64,000 nt of DNA, from assembly GCA_030681265.1 (NCBI GenBank), contig JAUXXD010000201.1, forward strand, positions 7,870-71,869, given 5' to 3'. Numbering within the stretch: position 1 is the stretch's first letter; every line of letters begins with the position of its first letter. This document shows positions 8,324-18,343 of the stretch, one piece after another. The position numbers and the translations under genes are program-made. The stretch is from Candidatus Didemnitutus sp. (GTDB lineage: Bacteria; Verrucomicrobiota; Verrucomicrobiia; Opitutales; Opitutaceae). A model generated the notes under the pieces. That model saw only the letters and a program-made list of their open reading frames with translations. It was not told where the DNA came from and did no database searches.

Positions 8324-10234
8324 TCAGGCGGCGCGTTTTTGGCGGCGGCGGTGCGCGATCACACCGACGAGTGCCAACGCACCGAAGAGCGCGGCGTAGG
8401 TGGACGGCTCGGGGATGATCGAGAGATTGCCCGTGCTCTGCGAGAAGCTCAGCACTTGCGAGCCACTGGTGAGCGACCAGACGCCGCTGTTGTTGGTGAA
8501 CGTGCCGACGTAGCTACCGGTGGCGGCGATGGACGAGAAGGCGCCCGCGCTACCGCTGCCGGAGAGGGCGAAGAGGCTGAGCACGTTGCCGTCGGCGATG
8601 GTGTTGCCAAAATTCAAATTGAAGGCGCCGCCGTAGGTAAGGAGGCCGGACGTGATATTGATGCCGTCGTAGGTGGTGCCGCGGGTGGTGCCGTTGATTT
8701 CGAAGTTGGTGATGCTGTCGCTGTCGAGGGTGAGGCCGTTACTGAATGTGAGGATGCCGGGGCTGTTGCCCGGAGCGAGGATACCGCCGCTTTGGATGGT
8801 GGTCGCGCCGCCGATCGTGCCGCTGCCGGAGAGTGTGCCGCCGGAAGCGACGGTCACGGAGCTGTTCGCATGGGTGGAGCCGTTGACGATCAGTGTGCCC
8901 TCGTTGATGGTCGTGGTGCCGGAATAGGTGTTGTTGCCGGAGAGCGTGGCGGTGCCGGCAGTGGATTTGATCAAACCGGCGGAGCCGGCGAGGATGGCCG
9001 AGGCGGAACCGGAACGCGCGTCGTAGTTGCCGCTGTTCTTGGTGAAGGTGCCGTTGGTGAGCGTGCCGCCGTTGAGGACGATTGCACCGCTGCGGGTGAG
9101 GGAGAGGCCGCCGAGGTTGAGCGTGCCACCGTTAATATTGACGGCAGTGCCGGCAGAATGGCCGAGCGTGCCGCTGCCGGAGAGGAGCATGGTGCCGGAG
9201 TTGACGGTGGTGTTGCCCTGATAGGTGTTGACGTTGGTGAGGGTGAGGGTGCCGGTGCCGGAGTAGGCGAGGCTTTGGTTGCCGGTCAGGTTGGTTTGCT
9301 TCACGGCGCCGTTGATCACCACGTTGCCGCCGCCGCTGAAGGTGAGGGTGCGGTTGGTCTCGGTGGTGGCATTGATGTCGATATCGCCGCCGATAGTCAG
9401 CGTGCTGGTGGAGACCGTGATGTTGCGGCTGGCGTTCATCGAGACTGCGCCAGTGCCGAGGTTGATGCTGTTGGCACCTGTGAAGGAAAAATTGGCGTTA
9501 AAGGACAGCGGATTATTATTCACAAAGGTCAGGGGCGCGCCACTGGTGTTTTCGACCGTCGCACCGAGACCCGAAACCAGAAAGATTCCCGTGCCCATGG
9601 CGGAACCTTGGCCGAGGCGGACGGTGGCACCGGCACCACTGATAGTTGTGTTGCCGGTGTAGGTATTGTTGCCGTTAAGGGTCAGCACGCCTGTGCCGGA
9701 GAAGGTTAAATTGCCGTTGCTGCCGGCAAAGCTGTTGCGAATGACACTGTTGATCGTCGTGTTGCCCGCGCCGGCAATCGTCAGGGTGCGGTTGGTGGCA
9801 CCGGTGCCGTTGAGGTCGAGAATGGCTCCGTTCATCTGGAGCAAACCACCCGCGGCAGTAGTCCAACTCGAACTCGTGCTTTGGTTGATATTGAGGGAGA
9901 GAGTTTGGGTGGCAGTGCCGAGATTATTAATGCCGTTGGCACCAAGAGTGAGCGTGCCCGCGCCACCGATGTTGTAGGAGCTGGCATCGGCGGAGAACGT
10001 CAGCAGGCCCTGGCTGCGAGCGGCGGCGAGGTTGGGATTGACGACCGAGCCGGAGGCTAAACCGAAGGTGGCATTGCCAGTGGTGGTGCTGCTCGCGGGG
10101 GCGGTGCCGCCGACCCAGTTTGCGCCGGTGGCATAGTCGGTGGCGGTATTGCCCCAGGAAATTGATTGGGCGGAGAGGCTGAGGACCGTGAGTGACGCCA
10201 GAGCGGTGGCGAGGAGGAAACGGGTAGGTTTCAT
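8324..10234 (-). CDS. PEP-CTERM protein with autotransporter-associated beta-strand repeats
   Basis: Likely start MKPTRFLLATALASLTVLSLSA; repeats such as LIKSTAGTATLSGNNTYSGTTTINEGTL; ends IPEPSTYAALFGALALVGVIAHRRRQKRAA. Confidence 0.93.
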   Translation of the reverse strand: MKPTRFLLATALASLTVLSLSAQSISWGNTATDYATGANWVGGTAPASSTTTGNATFGLASGSVVNPNLAAARSQGLLTFSADASSYNIGGAGTLTLGANGINNLGTATQTLSLNINQSTSSSWTTAAGGLLQMNGAILDLNGTGATNRTLTIAGAGNTTINSVIRNSFAGSNGNLTFSGTGVLTLNGNNTYTGNTTISGAGATVRLGQGSAMGTGIFLVSGLGATVENTSGAPLTFVNNNPLSFNANFSFTGANSINLGTGAVSMNASRNITVSTSTLTIGGDIDINATTETNRTLTFSGGGNVVINGAVKQTNLTGNQSLAYSGTGTLTLTNVNTYQGNTTVNSGTMLLSGSGTLGHSAGTAVNINGGTLNLGGLSLTRSGAIVLNGGTLTNGTFTKNSGNYDARSGSASAILAGSAGLIKSTAGTATLSGNNTYSGTTTINEGTLIVNGSTHANSSVTVASGGTLSGSGTIGGATTIQSGGILAPGNSPGILTFSNGLTLDSDSITNFEINGTTRGTTYDGINITSGLLTYGGAFNLNFGNTIADGNVLSLFALSGSGSAGAFSSIAATGSYVGTFTNNSGVWSLTSGSQVLSFSQSTGNLSIIPEPSTYAALFGALALVGVIAHRRRQKRAA

Positions 10235-10442
10235 GAGGAGCAAAAAAGCGAGCGAGGTGGGGAGAGGTGAACCGGCGGACGGACAGTGGGGAAAATCCTC
10301 TGAACAACCAGACAAATTCTGATAATTATTTGGAATGTCCGACGGTGCCGGACGAGAGTGAAAAAACGTCCGGCAATTCCCGACAATTTGGACTCAAATG
10401 AGGGGGGCGACGGGACAAGCGCAGGAAAAGTAAGCGCGCAGA

Positions 10443-10613
10443 CGAGAAATTCAGAGGCCACCACAAAACATACGAAGCAAACGAAAGGGGTTGGCTTGGC
10501 GGAACAGCAGATTCCGAAGGTAGGTTGCGCGCTCGCCGCGCAACGGGGTGCGGCCAGCGCGCAACCTACACCTGCAGAACCTCTGTGTCCTCCGTGTCTC
10601 CGTGGTTCAATTT
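10443..10613. repeat. Composite 9-mer array + REP element (third copy)
   Basis: GAAATTCAGAGGCCACCACAAAACATACGAAGCAAACGAAAG; GTAGG...CCTAC palindrome 10520-10569; CTCCGTGTCTCCGTGGTTCAA right arm. Confidence 0.8.
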
Positions 10614-10645
10614 GATGGGGGTGAAGCCGCTCGGAATCCGGGCAC

Positions 10646-10670
10646 AAAAAAGCCCGCGCGCACGCGGGCT
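10646..10670 (-). terminator. Rho-independent terminator
   Basis: Identical to the hairpin at 8275-8299. Confidence 0.85.
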
Positions 10671-10694
10671 GAAAGAGTGAGCGGGTGACGCGAC

Positions 10695-11444
10695 TCAGGC
10701 GGCGCGTTTTTGGCGGCGGCGGTGCGCGATCACACCGACGAGTGCCAACGCACCGAAGAGCGCGGCGTAGGTGGACGGCTCGGGGATGGCGGTGACGATG
10801 ATATTGTCGATCACGAGTGCGGGGGCGGCTGCTCCGCCGCCCTGACGAAGATTCACACTGTTAATGAGCGTGGGTTCAGCGGTCGCCGAGTTCCAAGTAT
10901 GGACGTGATACGGCGAAGCGAGTCCGTTGACCGTCAGGGTAATCGTGTCGTTCAAAGTTCCGGCGACGAAATTCCACACGGCGGTGATGGTGTAGTTGTT
11001 ATTGAGGCTGAGCACCTCGGTGCCATAGGTAATCGTGCCACTCGAAATTGCCATTAGGCCGAGTTGATAACCACCGGTAGCGGTGCGCGCGTAAATACGG
11101 CTGTAGAAGGTGGACGTATTCGCCATGTCGCCGAGATGCAGGAAATAGTCCCCCGCTCCCACGGCAGACAGATTGATCTGGGCCGAGAGCGAGAGCGAGT
11201 TGCCCGAGGCCGGCTCGACGTTGGTGAATTGGAGTCGGACATCCTGTCCGGTGTTGGCCATGGGCACCGTGCCGCTGGACACAGTAATTGGATTCACGGT
11301 TGAGGTGCCGGTGATGACCCAACCGCCTTGGCCGATCAGGCCGGCGTTGGTGTAGGAATTGAAATTCTCATTCACCAAAGTTTGCGCGGCGGCGGTGGCA
11401 GAGAAAACAAGAGCGGCGACAACAGGCAGGAGGTAACGTTTCAT
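10695..11444 (-). CDS. PEP-CTERM sorting domain protein
   Basis: Likely start MKRYLLPVVAALVFSATAAA; ends IPEPSTYAALFGALALVGVIAHRRRQKRAA. Confidence 0.93.
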   Translation of the reverse strand: MKRYLLPVVAALVFSATAAAQTLVNENFNSYTNAGLIGQGGWVITGTSTVNPITVSSGTVPMANTGQDVRLQFTNVEPASGNSLSLSAQINLSAVGAGDYFLHLGDMANTSTFYSRIYARTATGGYQLGLMAISSGTITYGTEVLSLNNNYTITAVWNFVAGTLNDTITLTVNGLASPYHVHTWNSATAEPTLINSVNLRQGGGAAAPALVIDNIIVTAIPEPSTYAALFGALALVGVIAHRRRQKRAA

Positions 11445-11618
11445 AAGCTGATGGGGTAGGGTGGGGCACAAGATAGGTTTATCCGGAAAGTTACAAGCAG
11501 AAGCTTGCTCAAGTTGCTGCGCACTGCCGCCCCTTTGCGCCTAACCTGACCCGTGGCATGGTCGTTCGGGGCGGAAGGGCACGGGAAATCCAGCCACAAA
11601 CTGCCTCCAGGGGGAAAA

Positions 11619-11695
11619 TGGTCGGGGCGATAGGATTCGAACCTACGACCTCCTGGTCCCAAACCAGGCGCTCTACCAGGCTAAGCTACACCCCG
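11619..11695 (-). tRNA. tRNA-Pro(TGG)
   Basis: Minus strand CGGGGTGTAGCTTAGCCTGGTAGAGCGCCTGGTTTGGGACCAGGAGGTCGTAGGTTCGAATCCTATCGCCCCGACCA: cloverleaf, TGG anticodon, GTTCGAA T-loop, encoded CCA. Confidence 0.97.
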
Positions 11696-11792
11696 ACGAC
11701 CGCAGCCAAAGGAGGGGCGATTCCGGCGACTGTCAACTGTGCACCTGTTTTAATTCCGCGCGGTGCACGCGGACGAGCAGGGTGCAACACAG

Positions 11793-11904
11793 CGCTTGCG
11801 CGGCACGTTGCGCGACGAGTGAGCGACCAGTCCTTGGCCTACTGCCTCGGCGGCCCGACCGCTTTCGTGTCCTTCGTGTGTTTCGTGGTGCCCTCTGATT
11901 TCTG
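11793..11904 (-). repeat. Composite element, inverted partial copy
   Basis: Reverse complement of 11862-11904 reads CAGAAATCAGAGGGCACCACGAAACACACGAAGGACACGAAAG; degenerate REP-like palindrome at about 11793-11830. Confidence 0.7.
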
Positions 11905-12020
11905 CACGGTTGCGCTCGTGGCGCGGGAGGTCGCGGTGAAGGAACTCTCACTTCGTGAACAAATGCTTCTTGCCTCACTGTGGGGCCGCGCCTAAAACGC
12001 CTCCTCAATCTTCTTATCAA

Positions 12021-12560
12021 ATGGATACTCTTTCACGAGACAGCGGTTCTAGCTCCAGCAGTATCATGCCTTTGGCCGGCGTCGGCTTGGGCGTGATCGC
12101 ACTCTTGCTCGGCATCTTCACTATGGTGAAGGCCAACAGAGTCGAAAAAGTCCTCGCGACTCAAGGCGACGAAATCGCCAAGATTGCGACCATCGAGAGC
12201 GAAATGCGCACCGCAACCGCCAAGACGGAAACCGACATGCGCAACTTGCGCGACGGTATCCAGAATGCGCTGAACCAAGTCGGCACCGAAATGGGCGCGA
12301 TCCGCGCTCAGGTGACGAAGATGGAAGAGCAAGCCAAGGCGCGTCCGGCTCCGGCCGCGGCGACCAAGGGCGGCGCCGCTCCGGCTCCCACCGGCGTGCG
12401 CAACGCCGACGGCACCTACACCATCGCCTCGGGCGACACCCTCGCGAAGGTCGCGACGAAGTTCGGCATCCGCCTCGATTCCCTCCTCGCGGAGAATCCC
12501 GGCATCGATCCGCGCAGTCTGCGCGTGGGCCAAAAGGTCCGTCTGCCCTCCGGTCGCTAA
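12021..12560 (+). CDS. Membrane-anchored coiled-coil protein with C-terminal LysM domain
   Basis: TM segment, coiled coil, then YTIASGDTLAKVATKFGIRLDSLLAENPGIDPRSLRVGQKVRLP (LysM). Confidence 0.9.
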   Translation: MDTLSRDSGSSSSSIMPLAGVGLGVIALLLGIFTMVKANRVEKVLATQGDEIAKIATIESEMRTATAKTETDMRNLRDGIQNALNQVGTEMGAIRAQVTKMEEQAKARPAPAAATKGGAAPAPTGVRNADGTYTIASGDTLAKVATKFGIRLDSLLAENPGIDPRSLRVGQKVRLPSGR

Positions 12561-12582
12561 GCGAGCACGAGAAATTTTTCCC

Positions 12583-12618
12583 ATGCCTCCCGACGCAAGT
12601 CGCGGAGGCATTTTTTTT
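12583..12618 (+). terminator. Rho-independent terminator after the LysM gene
   Basis: ATGCCTCC-CGAC-GCAA-GTCG-C-GGAGGCAT followed by a T run. Confidence 0.8.
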
Positions 12619-12733
12619 GCGCGCGTGGCGACACGTGTGCTGGTTCGGTCTCAAAAACACAGCAGAACAGAGTAATCATCCTCGGGGCATTTGACCAGAC
12701 CCACGCCATGCCAGCAAAAGCTCATCCGATTCC

Positions 12734-12858
12734 TGTAGCTGCGAGCGCCAGCGAGTGGTTACTTGTCCGCTCGCTGGCGCTCACGGCTACACCACGACGT
12801 CCGGGCGCGTGCTGCGCATCTTTTACTTGTCCGCTCGCTGGCGTTCGCGGCTACACCA
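12734..12858. repeat. Second GTAG-type REP family: inverted doublet plus a direct third copy
   Basis: 12734-12758 pairs with 12767-12791 (22/25); 12759-12794 repeats directly at 12823-12858. Confidence 0.8.
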
Positions 12859-13119
12859 ACCAAGCCGAAGCAAGCTTCGGGGTATCGGACCCACGGCGAT
12901 TGACCCACTGATTTCACCGATAACACGGATGCAAGCGACGGCGGTGCCGCCCTCGGTTGCGGCAAACGGCACCAACTGCCTCTCGCGACAGTTCTCCCGC
13001 GCACCAGTTACTTTCGTGTATTTCGTGGTGACCCGGTTTTCTATTCGGTCAGCCCGGGTAATTTTCGCCGTCGCAGAAACGGAGTTGCGCGCACGCGCAG
13101 AGTGCGAAATGCGTGTCGC

Positions 13120-13701
13120 ATGACTTCTCCGCATCGTCCGCAACGCTGGCGCAAACTCGACTCGCGCACGGTGGCGCACACGCGTATCTTCGACGTGGAG
13201 AGCGTGGATTTCCAGCATCCCGACCACGCGGCGCCGCGCGATTTTTTTGTGATCAACCCGCCGGACTGGGTCAACGTGGTCGCGCTGACGCCGCAGGAGG
13301 AACTGGTGTTGGTGCGGCAATTTCGTTTCGGCACGAATGATCTTTCGCTCGAAACGCCGGGCGGAGTGGTCGACGCGGGGGAAGATCCGCTCGTGACGGG
13401 CGTGCGCGAGTTGCGCGAAGAGACGGGCTTCGTCGGCACGGCGGCGCGCGTGCTCGCCGTGGTGCATCCGAATCCGGCGATCCAGAGCAACCGGTGTCAC
13501 ATCGTGTTCGTGGAGGGCGCGGTGCCGAGCGCGGCGCTCGCGTGGGATCCGAATGAGGAATTCGAAATTCTCGTCGTGCCGGTGGCCGAGGCATTGGCGC
13601 GCGCGCAACGCGGTGAGATCACTCACGCGTTGGCGTTGAATGCGTTGTTTTATTTTTTACCCGAGTGGGAAAAGCGGTGCGCGGCGCGCGGGCGCGCATG
13701 A
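13120..13701 (+). CDS. NUDIX hydrolase (ADP-ribose pyrophosphatase-like)
   Basis: Nudix box GVVDAGEDPLVTGVRELREETG; VRQFRFG motif. Confidence 0.9.
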   Translation: MTSPHRPQRWRKLDSRTVAHTRIFDVESVDFQHPDHAAPRDFFVINPPDWVNVVALTPQEELVLVRQFRFGTNDLSLETPGGVVDAGEDPLVTGVRELREETGFVGTAARVLAVVHPNPAIQSNRCHIVFVEGAVPSAALAWDPNEEFEILVVPVAEALARAQRGEITHALALNALFYFLPEWEKRCAARGRA

Positions 13702-13753
13702 CGGGCGCGCCGTTTGACATTGCCGGAGCGGCGACTTTACTCGGTCAGTTCCC

Positions 13754-15025
13754 ATGGAAAGCGCCGTAACCACGCCCGCGTTTGCCAACTCACCGCACGC
13801 GCTCGGCGCCGCGGATGAGTTCGGTTTGCCAGCGGCACTCGAAGCGGAGATCCGCGCGATCTACGAGCGCAGTCCGCTCTATGCGAAACGGTTTCCGCTG
13901 CACGACGGCCGTTTGCAATGGGCGTGTTACCACGAGTTGCCGGTGTTGACGAAACAGGAGATCGTCGCGCGCGGGCACACGGAGTTTTTCGCGAACTACG
14001 CGGAAGTGGAGCGCGGCTTTGCGCAGAAAAAATTTGAATACGAACACACGTCCGGCACCACGAGCGGTCCGATGACGGTGGTGATGGAGGAGGGTTGGTG
14101 GGACGCGCAAACCCGCCGCGCTTACCTCGCGCATCCGCAACTCGCGGACTATGTCGGGCGTCCGTATCGCAAGTGCGTGCTCGCGCCGGTCGGTTGCTCG
14201 AGCAATTTGTGTCCGTATGAGGATCACCCGTTTCCGCACCGTTATTTCGACGGCACGGTTTACCTGAATCTGTCGAGCGATCCATTTTCGTTTCCCGAAG
14301 GCGAGTGGGAGCGCATCACGCGCGAGTTGCAGGCGGTGCAACCGGAAGTGCTCGAAGGCGAGCCGATTTACCTGTCGCTGTTGGCGCGCGCACTACGCAA
14401 ACGCAACGTGAGTGTGCCGAGTGTGCGCACGATTATTCTGACTTACGGCAAGGCGAGTCGGCAGCACAGCCGGCGTTTGGCGGAGACGTTTCCCGGCGCG
14501 GCGCAGGTCGATCTCTACGGTTCGACCGAGGCGGGCTACTTGTTGGTCGGTGATGCGTTGCAGGACAACTTGCGCGTGATCGACGGCAACGCGTTCATCG
14601 AGCTCGTGCCGTGGCGGGCGGCGGATCCGGAGGCGTTTCAAATTCAAGTGACGACGCGCGATCGCGTGGCGATGCCGCTGCTGCGTTACCACACGGGCGA
14701 CATCGTGCGGCGCACGCCGACGGGTTACCGGGTTCTCGGTCGCGAAAAAGATCTGCACACGCGCGCGGACGGCACGGTGGTATCCGCGTTCGAAATCGAT
14801 GCGGCGATGCCGCCGGCGTTCACCTGCTGGCATTGGAGTCTGGTGGGCGTGTCGGAGAACCGCTGGGAATTGCAATACGTCGCGGACCACGGCGCACCGG
14901 CCGGGCTCGATGTGGCGCTGGCGCGGGCGTTGGGCGACGGGGCGCGCGTGCGGTTGTTTCGCCGGAAATTTATCCAACCGGCGGCGAGCGGAAAATTCGC
15001 GTTGCTCAAACCGCTCGCGTCGTAA
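13754..15025 (+). CDS. Phenylacetate-CoA ligase / CapK-like adenylate-forming enzyme
   Basis: HTSGTTSGP loop, DLYGSTEAG, MPLLRYHTGD, SGKF C-terminal motif. Confidence 0.75.
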   Translation: MESAVTTPAFANSPHALGAADEFGLPAALEAEIRAIYERSPLYAKRFPLHDGRLQWACYHELPVLTKQEIVARGHTEFFANYAEVERGFAQKKFEYEHTSGTTSGPMTVVMEEGWWDAQTRRAYLAHPQLADYVGRPYRKCVLAPVGCSSNLCPYEDHPFPHRYFDGTVYLNLSSDPFSFPEGEWERITRELQAVQPEVLEGEPIYLSLLARALRKRNVSVPSVRTIILTYGKASRQHSRRLAETFPGAAQVDLYGSTEAGYLLVGDALQDNLRVIDGNAFIELVPWRAADPEAFQIQVTTRDRVAMPLLRYHTGDIVRRTPTGYRVLGREKDLHTRADGTVVSAFEIDAAMPPAFTCWHWSLVGVSENRWELQYVADHGAPAGLDVALARALGDGARVRLFRRKFIQPAASGKFALLKPLAS

Positions 15026-15248
15026 CCCGCGCGAGGGGGAGCGCAAACCCAAGCTCAAGCCGCGGCGCGGTCGCGGGCGCCGCACCGGACGAGCGCCTGC
15101 AGCCTTCTGGTGCGGGTTAGGGTCACTAATAAGCGGACGACCCGTTTCGCCGTCCCAGTCGCAGCCTTTACATCTTGGCCTGACGTTGGTTGGGTTTCGG
15201 CCTGTTGGCGCTCGACCCCTTCACGCCAGCGAACTGACAAAATCCGCG

Positions 15249-15959
15249 ATGAACCTACTTGGCTCGCTCTTCACCTCGTCCATTGGCAGAAAATTTCTGA
15301 TGGCGGCAACCGGACTCGTCTTGTTCGGTTTCGTCACGGGACACTTGGTCGGCAATATGCAGATTTTTCTCCCACCCGAGAAAATCAACACCTACGGGCA
15401 TCTGCTTGAATCGCTCGGAGTCGGGCTCTGGGCCGTGCGGCTCTTCCTGCTCGCCTGCGTGCTCGTGCACATCTGGCTGGCGATCCAACTCACATTGGAA
15501 AATCGCGCCGCGCGCCCGCAGGGCTACGGCGTCAACCACGTCAACCGCGCCACGCTCGCCTCGCGCGTCATGGCGCGCACCGGCATCGTCGTCCTGGCGT
15601 TTCTCCTTTTCCACATCGCTCACTACACCGCCCGCGTCTGGAATCCCGAATGGAGCGAACCCACCTACGCGTTGGCCGATGGCACGATGGTGCGCGACGT
15701 CTACGCGATGATGGTGGCGGGTTTCAGCAACATTCCCGTTTCGATCTTCTACATCGTGGCGGTCGGTTTGCTCAGCTACCACCTCGCGCACGGCATCGTC
15801 AGCATGGTGCAGACCTTCGGTTTGAAGAACGAAAAATGGACGCGCTGCCTCGAGCGCTTCGCCGTCGGTTATTGCTGGGTGTATTTCCTCCTCAACGCCG
15901 CCATCCCGCTCGCCGTGCTCGGCTACGTGCCGTTCCTCAGCGGTTTGATTCAACGCTAA
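15249..15959 (+). CDS. sdhC: Succinate dehydrogenase cytochrome b subunit (b558 type)
   Basis: SSIGRKFLMAATG, His-bearing TM helices, directly upstream of sdhA. Confidence 0.9.
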   Translation: MNLLGSLFTSSIGRKFLMAATGLVLFGFVTGHLVGNMQIFLPPEKINTYGHLLESLGVGLWAVRLFLLACVLVHIWLAIQLTLENRAARPQGYGVNHVNRATLASRVMARTGIVVLAFLLFHIAHYTARVWNPEWSEPTYALADGTMVRDVYAMMVAGFSNIPVSIFYIVAVGLLSYHLAHGIVSMVQTFGLKNEKWTRCLERFAVGYCWVYFLLNAAIPLAVLGYVPFLSGLIQR

Positions 15960-15971
15960 CTTTTTCCCGTC

Positions 15972-17894
<1,923 letters not shown>

Positions 17895-17903
17895 GACCCC
17901 GCA

Positions 17904-18336
17904 AATTACGAAGGACGAATTACGGATTACGATTTCAACGGGCCGCAATCTCCATGCACAAACACGAGCTCATCCAGCGGACCCAAACCTACGCTTTTCG
18001 CGTAGTGAAGGCGGTGCAAGCACTGCCACGTGACGAAATTTCCACCGTTCTCGGCAAACAATTGCTCCGTTCCGGCACCTCCGTCGGAGCCAACTACCGT
18101 GCCGCCTGCCGGGCCAAATCGACCGCTGACTTCGTGAACAAGCTCAAGATCGTCGAGGAGGAGTGCGACGAGTCCATTTATTGGATGGAATTGCTCGTAG
18201 CTGCCGGTTCGCTCTCTCGTCGTCGCCTTGAAGCGCTGCTTGATGAAAGCGACGAGCTTCTCTCCATCTTTGTTTCAGCTATCAAAACCACCCGCCGCTC
18301 CCGGGCCGCGTAATTCGTAATTCTGAAATCGTAAAT
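17904..18336. mobile_element. Four-helix-bundle gene cassette bounded by inverted heptamer arrays, between sdhA and sdhB
   Basis: Left 17904-17931 AATTACG AAGGACG AATTACG GATTACG; right 18309-18336 CGTAATT CGTAATT CTGAAAT CGTAAAT. Mobility is inferred, not shown. Confidence 0.55.
17954..18313 (+). CDS. Four helix bundle protein (23S rRNA IVS protein / TIGR02436-like family)
   Basis: 119 aa: RTQTYAFRVVK...LGKQLLRSGTSVGANYRAACRAKSTADFVNKLKIVEEECDESIYWMELL. Confidence 0.92.
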   Translation: MHKHELIQRTQTYAFRVVKAVQALPRDEISTVLGKQLLRSGTSVGANYRAACRAKSTADFVNKLKIVEEECDESIYWMELLVAAGSLSRRRLEALLDESDELLSIFVSAIKTTRRSRAA

Positions 18337-18343
18337 TCCTCTC

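Noticed and set aside
8339-9977. + strand ORFs over the PEP-CTERM gene
   Set aside because: Shadow frames caused by codon bias; no recognisable motifs.
11619-11660. tRNA-Pro as integration site for the PEP-CTERM cluster
   Set aside because: I found no duplicate of the tRNA 3' end and no integrase in the window; cannot be excluded beyond the left edge.
17954-18313. Diversity-generating retroelement (bAvd similarity)
   Set aside because: No reverse transcriptase and no template/variable repeat pair with adenine-specific differences was seen. The PEP-CTERM tail repeats do not show that pattern.
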